The notes beneath the pieces are model-generated. The model was not told the DNA's origin, made no database searches, and worked only from the letters and a program-made list of their open reading frames with translations. A DNA stretch of 64,000 nt from assembly GCA_964016885.1 (NCBI GenBank), contig OZ024750.1, forward strand, positions 28,210,001 through 28,274,000, given 5' to 3'. Of the stretch, positions 42,751 to 56,985 are shown piece by piece. Origin of the DNA: Eledone cirrhosa (lineage: Eukaryota). Position numbers and translations under genes: made by a program. How positions within the stretch are numbered: the stretch's first letter is position 1; the number at the start of each line of letters is the position of its first letter.

Positions 42751-42873
42751 TTGTAGTAAGTTGCTTTTCTCTTTTCTTTTCACTCACCTTTGCTAACTGC
42801 ATTGTCTGTTGATATTTAAGATGTTAAGACAACAATAACATAACTATCATATCAAATATAATAACACCAACAA

Positions 42874-43069
42874 CGATGATGATGATGATGATGATGATGT
42901 TGATGACGACGATGACGACGATGATGATGGTGACGATGATGATGATGATGTTGATAATGATGATGACGATGATGATGATGATGATGACGATGATGATGAC
43001 GGCGATGACGACGATGATGATGATGATGATGATGGCGATGAGGATGATGACGATGATGTTGATAATGAT

Positions 43070-43112
<43 letters not shown>

Positions 43113-43231
43113 ACGATGATGATGATGACGATGATGATGATGATGATGACGATGATGATGACGGCGATGACGACGATGATGATGATGATGATGATGGCGA
43201 TGAGGATGATGACGATGATGTTGATAATGAT

Positions 43232-43274
<43 letters not shown>

Positions 43275-43393
43275 ACGATGATGATGATGACGATGATGAT
43301 GATGATGATGACGATGATGATGACGGCGATGACGACGATGATGATGATGATGATGATGGCGATGAGGATGATGACGATGATGTTGATAATGAT

Positions 43394-43436
<43 letters not shown>

Positions 43437-43555
43437 ACGATGATGATGATGACGATGATGATGATGATGATGACGATGATGATGACGGCGATGACGACGA
43501 TGATGATGATGATGATGATGGCGATGAGGATGATGACGATGATGTTGATAATGAT

Positions 43556-43598
<43 letters not shown>

Positions 43599-43693
43599 AC
43601 GATGATGATGATGACGATGATGATGATGATGATGACGATGACGATGATGTTGATAATGATGATGACGGCGATGATGATGATGATGATGATGAT
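42874..43693. repeat. (GAT/GAC)n tract with a 162-bp higher-order period
   Basis: Marker gaggat at 43040, 43202, 43364 and 43526. Confidence 0.95.
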
Positions 43694-44019
43694 TCTTATC
43701 AGCCAGAAGGGCGCAAGACTTTGGTGACAATACATCGATGCAAGACGACACAAAGTGTGGATTACATGGAATAATAGGAGAAGAGAATTTGACAAACGTA
43801 GAAACAGAACATATTACAATGATTATGTCTTGTTTATTAATCGCAAGGGTTGACATAAAGATGACATTAATGATGACACAGGACAAAACATTGTATGTGG
43901 TTGGACGGGGTGTCATGTAAACAGCGGAGATAACGAAAACAAAAAACAAAATGGTGACCATAAAAATGTAACAAAGAAAGTTCCTCAAATTGGGGGATAA
44001 TTCCGAGGGCCACACGTGA

Positions 44020-44500
44020 AATACCGCCATAAAAAAGACAAGTTTGACCTCATTTCTAAGTCATGTGCCTTCTGTCAGTTCCCCTGCTCCAATCTACAGG
44101 CGTATACTCAGGACAGGCCTTATGACTCGGACAATGCTCGCCACTTTCGTCCATTTTTCAACAAAATGACTAGAAGCCCGGACTTCACTCTCCAGCCAAA
44201 TTTTCCTCCTCTGCAAGTGAAAAACTTGACATAGTTAATGAGAGGCTGGCCAAAGAGGAAAACACCTGTCTTCAGTGCTTTCGGTTGCGTCCACCATACA
44301 AATGGGTCGTTGCGACGTCCCAGTTCTTATCCACTTGGAAATCCGGACCAAACCAAACGCCGAGCAAACTTAACCGATGTTTGCATGATACAAACTTTGT
44401 ATTTTATCTGATGAAAGCGTACCAAAGTTTTGGTACCTTTGAAATATATATAATAGAATAAATATGGTTTTATAAATATAGTTTCCATTTATTTAATATC
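44020..44500 (+). mobile_element. Decayed Penelope-like 3' end: possible GIY-YIG C-terminal relic followed by family E pLTR
   Basis: Frameshifted peptides QPNFPPLQVKN and ERLAKEEN upstream of the hammerhead; protein similarity is weak. Confidence 0.35.
44400..44460 (+). ncRNA. Type I hammerhead ribozyme (family E)
   Basis: UAUUUUAU-CUGAUGA-AAG.UACCAA(aguu)UUGGUA.-GAAA-UAUAUA-UA-AUAGAAUA; stem II differs from the 9949 copy yet still pairs. Confidence 0.75.
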
Positions 44501-44531
<31 letters not shown>

Positions 44532-44535
<4 letters not shown>

Positions 44536-45262
44536 ATATGAATAAATTTAGTCCTTCATCAGTGATCTTCTAACCTTCATTGGTATTTCATCGCTTTAAA
44601 GACCATATACCTCCGGTTGGTGCGAGCAACGACGAAAGAAAGTCGTTGAGACACGTAAATAGGGGGAACGAGCGAGACAGTAAATAAACAAAGATGGTAA
44701 TGCAACGAAAGGTGAGGAAGAAGGAGTCAAGTCCCTGAAATCGATGAACATAAGTTCTGTTAAATCGTAGATGAGAGAGAATAAAGACCATCCGACCTGG
44801 TCGAAATATGAGTAAGGAAAGAATTTCGCACAGGTCAAACGGGAGGAAGTAGGAGAGGGAGTAGCAGAGAGTGAGTGAGTGAAAGTGAGAGGAAGAGGCT
44901 AACAGAGAGAGTGACTGGCAGAGGGGGTAAAAGGAAGTGAGAGATACGGAGAAAGGGGGAGCAGTAAGAAAGAAACAGACGGGTCATAGCAGAGGAAAAT
45001 ATATAAATATATGAAAAATATGAAAACATGGCGTGCTGCGTGGTTGCAAATGGGTTACATATGAATACATTTAGTCCTTCATCGTTGCATTACCATCTTT
45101 GTTTGTTTACTGTCTCGCTCGTTCCCCCTATTTACGTGTCCCAACGACTTTCTTTAGCCGTTGCTCGCACCAACCGGAGGTATATGGTCTTTAAAGCGAT
45201 GAAATACCAATGAAGGCTGGAAGGAAGATCACTGATGAAGGACTAAATTTATTCATATGTTT
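44532..45262. mobile_element. Family F element with ~180-bp terminal inverted arms, within (TA)n
   Basis: 44532-44708 is the reverse complement of 45082-45262; short direct repeat catatgaata.atttagtccttcatc at 44535 and 45058. Confidence 0.75.
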
Positions 45263-45761
45263 ATATATATATATATATATACTCATAACGTGTCACCTAG
45301 GGAGATTCGGTGTCATACAATGTGACAAAGCTGGTCATATACATCCCAGTTATAATTAATTTTTGCCAGCAGTAAATTAGATCAACGTGAAATAAATTGT
45401 CTTGCTCAAGGAAACAACGCATCACTAGGAATTGAACTCACAACCGAAAGTTTGTGAGCTTAACAAACACTCTTAAGTGGTAGCTTACTTTTATAGACAC
45501 AAGAGGAATGCTAACAACATGTAATTCATAGGATTTTACGATCACTTAAACTTTCATATGACATTTGTCAACACACAACGCACGTATGCAAACAACATAT
45601 ACGAGTTAAGCAGCCGTGCACGCAAATTCTAAGAGAATATATATGTATATGCACACGTACATGCATACAGACACACAAACAAACACACACAAGCACCCAC
45701 CACACGCACACACACACATACGCACACATTCATGTGTATCATATATCTTCATTCAGGCAAA

Positions 45762-45803
<42 letters not shown>

Positions 45804-45806
45804 TAC

Positions 45807-45874
<68 letters not shown>

Positions 45875-45924
45875 ATATTTATATATATAAATATATATAC
45901 ATATATATATACATATATACATAT

Positions 45925-45985
<61 letters not shown>

Positions 45986-46046
45986 TATATATATATTTAT
46001 ATATATAAATATATATACATATATATACATATATATATATACATAT

Positions 46047-46078
<32 letters not shown>

Positions 46079-46355
46079 TTAAATATATATACATATAAAG
46101 ATATTTTCGAAACAGCGAGTTGGTTTGAAATTATTAGAAATGTAAGCTATCGCCGATATATACATATATATATATACATATCTATATACATATATACATA
46201 TACACATATACTTACACATATATATATATAAATATATATACATATATATATATATATACATATATACATATACACACACATATATATATATATTTAAATA
46301 TATATACATATATATATACATATGTATATACATATATACATATACACATATACTT

Positions 46356-46415
<60 letters not shown>

Positions 46416-46936
46416 GCACACACACACACAGAGACACACAGTCAAATACACAATACGCTGCAGAGTTACAATCCATAAGAACTAAATGCAGCAACAAGCA
46501 AAATACACATCCATAAGCTCATCTAAACAAAACTAAGACAACGGTAATAACATCGTCAACGGTGAAATTTAAAGCTATGTACACACATGTAGATACATGT
46601 CTATATACATCACTATTTGCTGCGACTGTATGTTATCTATAACTGTGCCTTATCTGATGATAGGCCTAAAACAAATCTACGTGTAGAAACATGATGTTCA
46701 TATCACAGTACAAAGATTGATAAAGGGAGATAACGATTAATGAAAGAGCGAAGACAAATATTGTTCTATCACATTATCAAATTATCAATTCGACAGTATT
46801 ATTGCACTGCTGAGTGGCTAATACTAATATTACAAATATACACGTATTAGATAAAAGTTCAACTAGAATACACACACACACAGACACACACACACACATA
46901 TATATATATATACATATATGTATGTATATATGTTTA

Positions 46937-47043
<107 letters not shown>

Positions 47044-47089
47044 TATAGAATACTGTTAGTTTCTCGCTAAAACAATTTCTATACCTTTC

Positions 47090-47129
<40 letters not shown>

Positions 47130-47230
47130 ATTTATGTATGTATGTGTATATACTTTCAGACTTTCTTGAAAAAGTACCCACCTAAGTTAAATGAACTCTC
47201 TAGTTTTGAAGCTGATTTTCTTAATCTAAT

Positions 47231-47266
<36 letters not shown>

Positions 47267-47269
47267 GCA

Positions 47270-47372
<103 letters not shown>

Positions 47373-47373
47373 T

Positions 47374-47440
<67 letters not shown>

Positions 47441-47445
47441 TTGTA

Positions 47446-47501
<56 letters not shown>

Positions 47502-47997
47502 CGCCCCACGCCCCATGGGTTTGTTCAAATATTAACAATAATAATTTTATTCAACATCATATTTTTTTTGTTTAAATTTTCTTTCATTGGGAATCCTGAC
47601 AATATTTAAGAGGGAGTAAATCAGTATTGTTAGAGAAAACAATGATAAAGATTAGAAGTTGTGGCGTTATCGTGGGTATTATAGTTTATAGTGTATTGCG
47701 GGGGGGCATACATGCTGTGTCGTTACGGCGGGGGGGAAAGGTTACGACGTATGGCGGAACCAGATGTTTAGCAGGTTTCACCAACTAATTGGCTATAGGA
47801 TCTTGTGAGTAATTTTATCTGTTAATGTAATTGGTCTGGCTTACACGCCATTTGATATATTTCAACTGTTCAACTCTGCTATCTTCACTATGGACTTATG
47901 TTGTAAAGTTCAATTGTGCTCTGTGTTGTGTGGTTTGTATGTCGGAGCTCCGTCTGGTTCGACGATGAGTGTTCCAGTTGTTCGAACAACGAAACAG

Positions 47998-48028
<31 letters not shown>

Positions 48029-48226
48029 CTTCTTCTTCTTCTTCTTCTTCTTCTTCTTCTCCTCCTCCTCCTCCTCCTCCTCCTCCTCCTCCTCCTTCTT
48101 CTTCTTCTTCTTGACATGTATAGCAATTAGCTATCAATATCTCTGTGGACAGAAAATGAGGTTACTTGTTTTCTGATGAATTTCCAAGTAGAAATGAAAC
48201 TAATAAGTTAACTATATTAAATTCGC

Positions 48227-48451
48227 TTCTTCTTCTTCTTCTTCTTCTTCTTCTTCTTCTTCTTCTTCGCCCACTTCTTCCTGAGAGGATCATTGCGAGT
48301 GGGAAGAGTCCTCAAACCCTCCTCCCAGCAGGTCCTGTCAGAAGCAACCGTCTCCAACTGATCCGGCTGGATTCCCAAGAGAGACCAGTCAAGCTCATGG
48401 ATGTTATCCAATCATCTTGCTCGGGGTCTACCCTTGGGTCTCCTGCCTTCT
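48227..48451 (-). mobile_element. RTE-clade LINE 3' end with (GAA)n tail
   Basis: EGRRPKGRPRAR*LDNIHELDWSLLGIQPDQLETVASDRTCWEEGLRTLPTR, then (AAG)n. Confidence 0.85.
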
Positions 48452-48499
48452 AATGAAATTAATCTTCAAATTATTCAGTATTCCACAAACACGTGTAGT

Positions 48500-48866
48500 G
48501 TTAACGTAGACCTCAGGGAAATTCAACGTCACGCAGTGTGCGACAAAGCTGGCTATTTGAATTAGAGGTACAACTTATTTTTGTCAGCTGAGTGAAGTGT
48601 AACAACGTGAAATAAATGAATAAAATGTCTTGCTCAAGGACATAACGCCCCAGCTGGAATCGGGTCTATACCCTTACAATCTTGCGTTGTATTTTCTAAC
48701 CACTAAGCGCCCCACTTCACAATATTTCAGTTAAATTCTTATATGAATATCAAGGATACGCTTAGTTGTTCCTTTTAGTTCCAACTTTGCCTTTAATCCT
48801 TTCGAGGTCGATAAGAAAGTACCAGTTTAGTACTGGGATAAATTCTTCCTCTATACCTCTTTCATA

Positions 48867-48933
<67 letters not shown>

Positions 48934-49050
48934 TTTTTTCTCTGGAAAACATCTGTGTTCAGACCTGGAGAGGAGATGTTCTCCACCAGAGTTACAAAAT
49001 ACCCACGAAACGCTTTATGTTACTACGGCGCTTTTTCAGCAGTTTTCCTT
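48500..49050. mobile_element. Decayed SINE family 2 relative (-, 48500-48720) and SINE family 1 alternative-tail variant (+, 48775-49050)
   Basis: caacgtgaaataaa..gtcttgctcaaggaca; gacctggagaggagatg tail. Confidence 0.75.
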
Positions 49051-49904
49051 TAACCCTTCACCAGAAGTTTCATGTCAAAGGAAAAGATAAAATACTGAAC
49101 CATTTTATCTTTATTTTGGCATATAATAATATTCAAGAGAAACTAAACAATATTATAAAATATGCCCTGAACTTTGAATAAGTTTAACCTTTGTCCCCAT
49201 CTATATAATCGTTTAAACTAGATTCAATTTCTTCACCTCCTTTATGACATAGAGTTAGACCTATAATTTAATAGGTTTCATTAGATTTATGTTAGTATAG
49301 TTAAAGTCTTTCTACAGTTGATTTTTAACCACCTTTAATTAATTCAACTAATTACCTCAGTGCATAACCAATATTTATATCAGATTACATAATCTTTACA
49401 TCCACTTCTTCAATCTTCTGATCCCAACCTCCCGGGTTTCATCTTTTACCGCCAGTTTTTCTATTCATATTTTTAGTTTATCTAGTCCAACTTGATATTA
49501 ACTTATAATAAATTAATCCACTCGTGAATTGATCTTATAAAACTTTGTATTCTAACTCTTTTTTTTTTTCTCATTTACACCCATCTACACTTCTTTTACT
49601 TCTGAGCGTGCTGTTTATATTTATCTCCTAGTATACCGAAGATAGTATCAAGTTTTTGTACACCTGCCTATCCAAACAGCTAAATAATTTCTATATCTAC
49701 TTCATACTAATCCCCGTTTTTATATCTTCTAATCTTCTCTTGTCAATGAATTCATTTTCACACGCTTTCCATTAATTTGATAAATTTGATAACTTTGATA
49801 GGTTTCGGCCAGTATTGGCCCAGGCCATGTCTAACTTTCATATGTAATGCTAAAAGCATTTTTCGATTTATTAATTCTACAATTATTTTAATGATGAGTT
49901 CACA

Positions 49905-50130
49905 ACCACCGTGCCCTTGGCCCAGAGCCCAATCACCCTCCCCAATCTTCTGTGACACTAGAGTCCTTGCCATTCCCTCCCTTTTCCGTTTTTTTTCTTT
50001 TGTTTTCATATTTTTCTATTTTACATTCCATTCTTTCTTCTCAATCTAAATTTTCCTTTTTTACTATTAAACTGTATTTACATGATATATTCCATAAATA
50101 AATAATTCTGTAACAGCTTGTATATTCAAT
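49905..50130 (+). mobile_element. CRE-like element 3' UTR copy
   Basis: gcccagagcc.aatca...actagagtc.ttgccattccctccc...catgatatattccataaata matches 15295-15500. Confidence 0.8.
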
Positions 50131-50329
50131 GTAACTTAATAAAAATGTGAATTCTATAATTTCAACATATACTAAATAGTTTGATCCAACTTTGTTAACC
50201 TTGTAAGATATCCAACTCTGTTCTTGTAACATATCTACATTTTGTATTCATGTCACTCGACTTATTTACACATTACAGTGTATAAAGGTTATTTCAAGGG
50301 AAATTACAAAATACAATTCTACCAAATAC

Positions 50330-50512
50330 ATTTGTTTCTACTTTTGGCAGAAGGCCAGCAATTATCCCAGTGCATTACTGGTACTTTATTTTATCGACCC
50401 CGTAAGGATGAAGGGCAAAGTTAACCACAGCGGGATTTGAACTCAGAACATAAAGGACCATAACTCTGTGCTGCAAAGTATGGTGTCTGACGCTCTACCG
50501 ATACTGCCAATG
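50330..50512 (-). mobile_element. SINE family 1
   Basis: Reverse-complement match to other copies. Confidence 0.92.
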
Positions 50513-50746
50513 CCATGAACACAGACATATACGCACACACACACACATACACTCACATATATATATACATATAACTTTTGAAACAGCAAGAGCTCACCCG
50601 TCGGGGCCGATGATTTTATATATATGTGTGTGTATGTGTGTGTGTGTAAAAAGTAAACAGAAATAACACAAACGGTACAGAATATGGAAGAAATATATTA
50701 GTTTAACGCTTGAAATAGCAGGAAGTGGGTCTTAACGTTTCGGACG

Positions 50747-50809
<63 letters not shown>

Positions 50810-50814
<5 letters not shown>

Positions 50815-51205
50815 AAAGGATAACAAGGACGATTGATTACTCTTTCATTGCATTTATTGATAGGTGACGCACGTTTCGCCAGTGATCAGCTCAAGGTTCG
50901 ATCTGTATCGATCCTACCCGACTCAATAATCGGCAGCTCGACGGACCCTCTTAAAATGCTATAAGAAAATCTTCTTATAGCATTATTGAGTCGGGTAGGA
51001 TCGATACAGATCGAACCTTGAGCTGATCAGTGGCGAAACGCGCGTCACCTATCAATAAATGCAATGAAGGAGTAATCAATCGTCCTTGTTATCCTTTCAA
51101 TATATTACACTCTGCATAGCTCTACAGCTCATCACAGAAGTGAACCTAAACATCGAGTGAGTGCTCTCCCGGGTGAACCTGCAGTAACTCCTAGTTACAC
51201 CCCCT

Positions 51206-51208
<3 letters not shown>
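50810..51208 (+). mobile_element. Family D palindromic pLTR-like element within (TA)n, with a hammerhead 3' half
   Basis: ~120-bp near-perfect inverted arms 50810-50930 / 50983-51102; GAAA-CGCGCG-UC at 51035-51046, then AATAAA. Confidence 0.75.
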
Positions 51209-51256
<48 letters not shown>

Positions 51257-51332
51257 TATTTGGGGAGGGTCATATTGTTATAATATTACCAGAAATAATC
51301 ATAAAATACACTCACTGTTTGGTTTGGATTGG

Positions 51333-51396
51333 TTTTCGCTGAAGAAGGCATAACATATTGTTAATATGATATCCCTGAAATATATATAATGAAATA
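51333..51396 (+). ncRNA. Divergent family E hammerhead
   Basis: CUGAAGA-AGG..CAUAUU(guu)AAUAUG..CCU-GAAA-UAUAUA-UA; stem I imperfect; same downstream tail as the 9949 and 44400 copies. Confidence 0.55.
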
Positions 51397-51437
51397 AATA
51401 TGGTTTTATAAATATAGTTTCCATTTATTTAATATCG

Positions 51438-51468
<31 letters not shown>

Positions 51469-52349
51469 ATATTTGGGGAGGGTCATATTTGCGTAATATT
51501 GCCAGAATTAATAACAGAACACACTCACTGTTTGGTTGGTTTTCGCTTGTTATATACGTATTTATTTACTTATATACGTTTATATAATTATTTATTTATT
51601 TGTACACAAGCATACACACACACACACACATATTTATATGTGCGTGGTTTTGTATACCTATGGTAAGGTTTTGCGTATGCTTGTGTATGTACGTATCTGT
51701 TTGCGTGTATGTATTTATTTGTTTCTATTACTTCTGTATTGTATTTATTTACTTTGTTCTTAACTCTGTAGCGGAGATTCATTTGGTCTCCTAGTTAGAA
51801 TTTTAGTCTACGACTTCTGCTATACCATTTACGTGGTTTTGTCTTTGCGTGCTATTGTTCTCCACGCTCCACATATGACTTATTATCTTCGTTTTTTCGT
51901 TCATTGCCAGAGAACGTCTCTATGCACCACCTAAGAGAACATTAGTCTACGACCTCTTTTATACCATAAACGTGGTTCTGTCTTTGCGCGTGGTTCTGTC
52001 TTTCACCGCTCCTATTAATGACGTATTATTCGTTTTTTCCCGTTCTTTGCCAGCGAACGTTTCCACGAACCAAAGTATCGTCTTCCTGTCTTCCTCCGGT
52101 TGCAACGTTTTTTAAAATATCCAGTTCTGCGTTTACAGATTGACTTTGTTAGTTTCAGAAGATCCCGATAAGGGTGAAAGCAGCGATTCTTTGCTTAAAC
52201 TTTAATCTGTTATTTTAATAAATATATATATATATATTTCGTTTCTGAATTATTGGCAACATGACCCTCCCAAAGTATAACAATATATATATATATATAT
52301 ATGCATATATATATATATATATATATGCATATATATATATATATATATA

Positions 52350-52436
<87 letters not shown>

Positions 52437-52701
52437 ATATACATATATATATTTACACGCAGATATATACATGTTTCCTCCAAAATAACTGACTAAATAG
52501 ACACGTGTTTTTTCTCAAGAATTACATTAGTTTTCCTCTTCTCACTCTCTAACTTTCGGTTTCATCTTTCATTTCTAATCATCTTTTGGTTAAAGACTAC
52601 TGCCCGAAACGTTAAGAAACCTTTCCTACTATATCAAGCATTAAACTAATATATTTCTTCATTGTACTCTGTCATTTGCTTTGTTATTTCTGTTTACTTT
52701 T

Positions 52702-52756
<55 letters not shown>

Positions 52757-52894
52757 AGAGAGAGAGAAATATATACGTATATATATGATGGCTTCCCCCT
52801 CGTTATCGAGTATGGCCATTGCACTATATACCATTATTAATTATTATTAATTAATTCTATCGTGCAATGCCTGTGCGTGAAGATATTTTACACT

Positions 52895-53149
<255 letters not shown>

Positions 53150-53832
53150 AATATATAGGGTGCAAAATTACATATATATATATGTAATCCGAACAAATCT
53201 TGTTATATATATATATATATACATATGTATATATATATATATATATAGGGTGCAAAATTACATATATATATATGTAACACGAACAAATCTTGTTATCTGT
53301 AAATCGACCTGTTATGTGTTCGTCTTTTTGTTGAAATTTAATTCTCACATAAATCTTATTCACCGGAAACAGTAAAAGCTGTAATTCTTTTTAAATCCAC
53401 CATTGCAGATTATACACGAGATATATTTATATTTTCATAATCTCCCAGAAACATAATTAACGAGCTTTTTTTTTAAATGGGCTTTTTTAAAAAAAAAAAG
53501 AATATCTTAAAAGATTTCACCTCCATATGTTTCATATTTACATATAGAGAGACTTCATTTAGATGTAGTTTTTATTTTGATATGTTCTTTCAAACATCTA
53601 TGGTTGTATGGTCAACCAAAAGAAACGTATTTTTATTTAATAATTAAACCACCCTTGACCCTTTGGGTCATGTTCACTTTAAAATATATTTTTTTAAATC
53701 ATATAAAATAATTTTTTTTAAATAATTTTTAAATAATTAAAATATACACAGACATGTATATAATGTGAAATGAAACTGGAAGGCCTATATATATACGTGT
53801 GTGTATGTATATATATGAATGTGTGTGTATAT

Positions 53833-53938
<106 letters not shown>

Positions 53939-54195
53939 TTCCTAGGCTAATCGTCACCCTTGGTTAACCTGGTTGTTTACATCTACAGTTGACCTATTTT
54001 TCCATTGTTTAGGGGATAGGCTGGTTACATCTTTCAATACTGATATTAATGTCTGTGTATCAATCTCTTTCGGTCAAAAATCGTTTATTTCTAGGATTAA
54101 ATTACATAAAATTGATAAAGAATTTGGTAATTCCATGAGAGTATCTTGGTTAGCATATGAACCTTTTAGCCAATCCTCGTATATATACCGTATAA

Positions 54196-55030
54196 TAATT
54201 GTTTCTATTTTAGGCACAAGGCCAGCAATTACCCAGTACATTACTGGTACTTTATTTTATCGACCCCGTAAGGATGAAAGGCAAAGTTAACCTCGGCGGG
54301 ATTTGAACTCAGATCATAAAGGGACGTAACTCTATGCTTCAAAGCATGGCGTCCGACTCTCTACCGATACTGCCAATCCAGTTTCAAATTTAGACAAAAG
54401 ACGAGCAATTTGGATGGAAGGGAAAGTCAAATATATTCACGGAAATACAGACACTAACACCCTTTGTCAGCTTAATGGACGAGAGGAACAACGTGAAATA
54501 AAGGGTTTTGTTCAACGTGAAATAAAGGGTTTTGTAACGCATCAATCACCCTGTCCGGGAATCGAACTCGCAACATCACAATTGCGAATCCAATTCTCGC
54601 ATTACTAAGCCACACGCCTTTATTGTTATACAGATACACATCAACACTTTTTCTCAGGTGAATGGACTGGAGGAACAACTTGAAATAAAGTGTGTTGCTG
54701 AAGGACACATGTCGCCACATGGTCCGGGAATCGAACTCACAACCTCACGATTGCGAATCCGATATTCTAACCACTAAGCACTAAGCCACACGAAGTCAAC
54801 TAATATATAAATTTTCTAGTAGATTCATCCTAGTTGTTTAGATAAAATCATTTCTACTTTTGGCACAAGGCCAGCAATCAACCAGTACATTACTGGTACT
54901 TTATTTTATCGACCCCGTAAGGATGAAAGGCAAAGTTAACCTCGACGGGATTGATTTGAACTCAGACCGTAAAGGGACGTAATTATGCTGGAAAGAAGGG
55001 CGTCCGACCCTCTACCGATACTACCAATTC
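54196..55030 (-). mobile_element. SINE cluster: family 1 (54196-54381, 54848-55030) and family 2 relatives (54470-54790)
   Basis: Motif matches as for other copies. Confidence 0.88.
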
Positions 55031-55799
55031 ACATTGTTTAGATATAGTGATCAAGAAACACGTTTCGTCTCCTCTCTAGTGTTATATAATAAAAGAATCA
55101 CTTATGTTACGTTTGCTTTGAATAGCTTCCTATTAACCACACAGCTGTTGCTAACACTATTACCAGTTGCTATTGAAATATCGTTGCTAATAGATATTTG
55201 GTCACCATAAATCATCGTCTATCGAGCGTATCCTTACAATTCATTGTTTACTTTTTTCAGCTATATGCTAAACTTATGTCAACGTGACTTAATTATTGTA
55301 TTATGTGGATCATGACCAAATAAAGGACGTTCACTCACAACTTGCCAAATATAAATATATTTTATAGCCGCTATCTGGGAATTAAAGGGTTCGATTTCTC
55401 ATAGTGACCGATGACAATTTCCTTTTTTCGTCTTTAAAAGGTGTTCACTCTATTTATTAAACAATTTTATACCATCTCCATGCATGAGCACATCATTCTT
55501 TATATAAATATATTTAGTAAAAGATCGATAATTTGTTGTAAAAGCTGGTACATTGCGGTTGAAAAACAATGACAAATGAAACAAAACAAAATAATGTTTT
55601 ACCCAGTGTATTCTAGTATATTTCGGGGTCTAACCCTATTTTCTATTTTATCAAAGATGAAAACAGTAATTTTATTCAAATTAAACTCACAAATTTAGCT
55701 TTAAAAGCAATGATAATTAAAAGTTCGCTTAAAAACCATTGATAATTACAAAAATATGAAAAAGAAATATAAAAACAAAATTAAGTAATGAGAAAATAA

Positions 55800-55977
55800 A
55801 GGGGAAGGGATTAAGAAGGGTAGATCTGGCTGTATCGGAGAGTATAAGAAAGGACTATAAATGCCATAAATGAGAAACGTGAGGACTCTTGGGCCACAGA
55901 AGAAAAGAGAGGGAAGGGTTCTGGGCCTAGGACGGGCTGGTGTTTGGGCTGCGCCCCGTGGACAAAATTGCGAAGGC
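55800..55977 (-). mobile_element. CRE-like element extreme 3' fragment
   Basis: Minus strand AFAILSTGRSPNTSPS* followed by gcccagaacc, as at 15250-15310. Confidence 0.7.
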
Positions 55978-56384
55978 TGGTTTTAATTTTCCTATATCGT
56001 CTACCAATTCATGCACCGCCATGTTTATTTATGAAAATATTTATTTATCTTCGAAACTACATTTCTAAAACATCGTTACCGTCTTACTGAAATCATAAGT
56101 ATGTGTCTGCTAATCTATTTATCAAAGTCTCTACCTAAATATTCTATTTCATGTCTGTTACCCACCTAACTATCTTCTTACCTACCTTACCGACATACTT
56201 ATCTATTTAGTAATCAGACTACATACCTAACTAGTAACATACCCAAATATAAACTTATATTCTTCTCTAGTTATATTTGAAATATTCTTTCTTGTGGCTT
56301 TAACCTAATCACCGATAAACCATACTTACCATCCTAACTAACGTCTCTCTCGCCGTCTCCCAGGGCAATGTATTCTCCATCCAG

Positions 56385-56985
56385 TCGGCCGTGACCTAGA
56401 GGTGGAGGGTAAGTTAGTTGGTGTTGAAGGTAATAGTAATTCCAGTCGATCGGAACCTAGGGGCGGAGGGTAAGTTAGTTGGAGGTGGAGGTAATAGTAG
56501 TTCCTAGCGGCCGGGACCCAGAGGCCGAGGGTAAGTTAGTTGGAAGTGGTGATAGTAGTACTACTTGACGGCCGAGACCCAGGGGCGGAGGGTAAGTTAG
56601 TTGGAGTTGGAGGTAGTAGTAGTTCCTGGCGGCCGGGACCCAGATACGGAGGGTAAGTTAGTTGGAGTTGGAGGTAGTAGTAGTTCCTAGCGGCCGAGAC
56701 CCAGGGGCGGAGGGTAAGTTAGTTGGAGTTGGAGGTAGTAGTAGTTCCTGGCGGCCGAGACCCAGGGGCGGAGGGTAAGTTAGTTGGAGTTGGAGGTAGT
56801 AGTAGTTCCTAGCGGCCGAGACCCAGGGGCGGAGGGTAAGCTAGTTGGAGTTGGAGGTAGTAGTAGTTCCTAGCGGCCGGGACCCAGGGGCGGAGGGTAG
56901 GTTAGTTGGAGTTGGAGGGAATAGCAGTTCCTGGCGAGCGAGACCCAGGGACTGAGAGAATCTTAGTTGGAGGTGTAGGGTACTC
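56385..56985. repeat. 61-bp G-rich minisatellite, ~10 copies
   Basis: gagacccaggggcggagggtaagttagttggagttggaggtagtagtagttcctagcggcc; period 56589, 56650, 56711. Confidence 0.95.

Noticed and set aside
46650-46705. Hammerhead-like CTGATGA..GAAACATGATGTTC
   Set aside because: Stem II does not pair convincingly and there is a single copy. Isolated CTGATGA at ~2358, 4470, 4587 and 41716 lack GAAA and stems.
49100-49760. AT-rich segment resembling decayed transposon coding DNA
   Set aside because: No diagnostic motif could be read in any frame.
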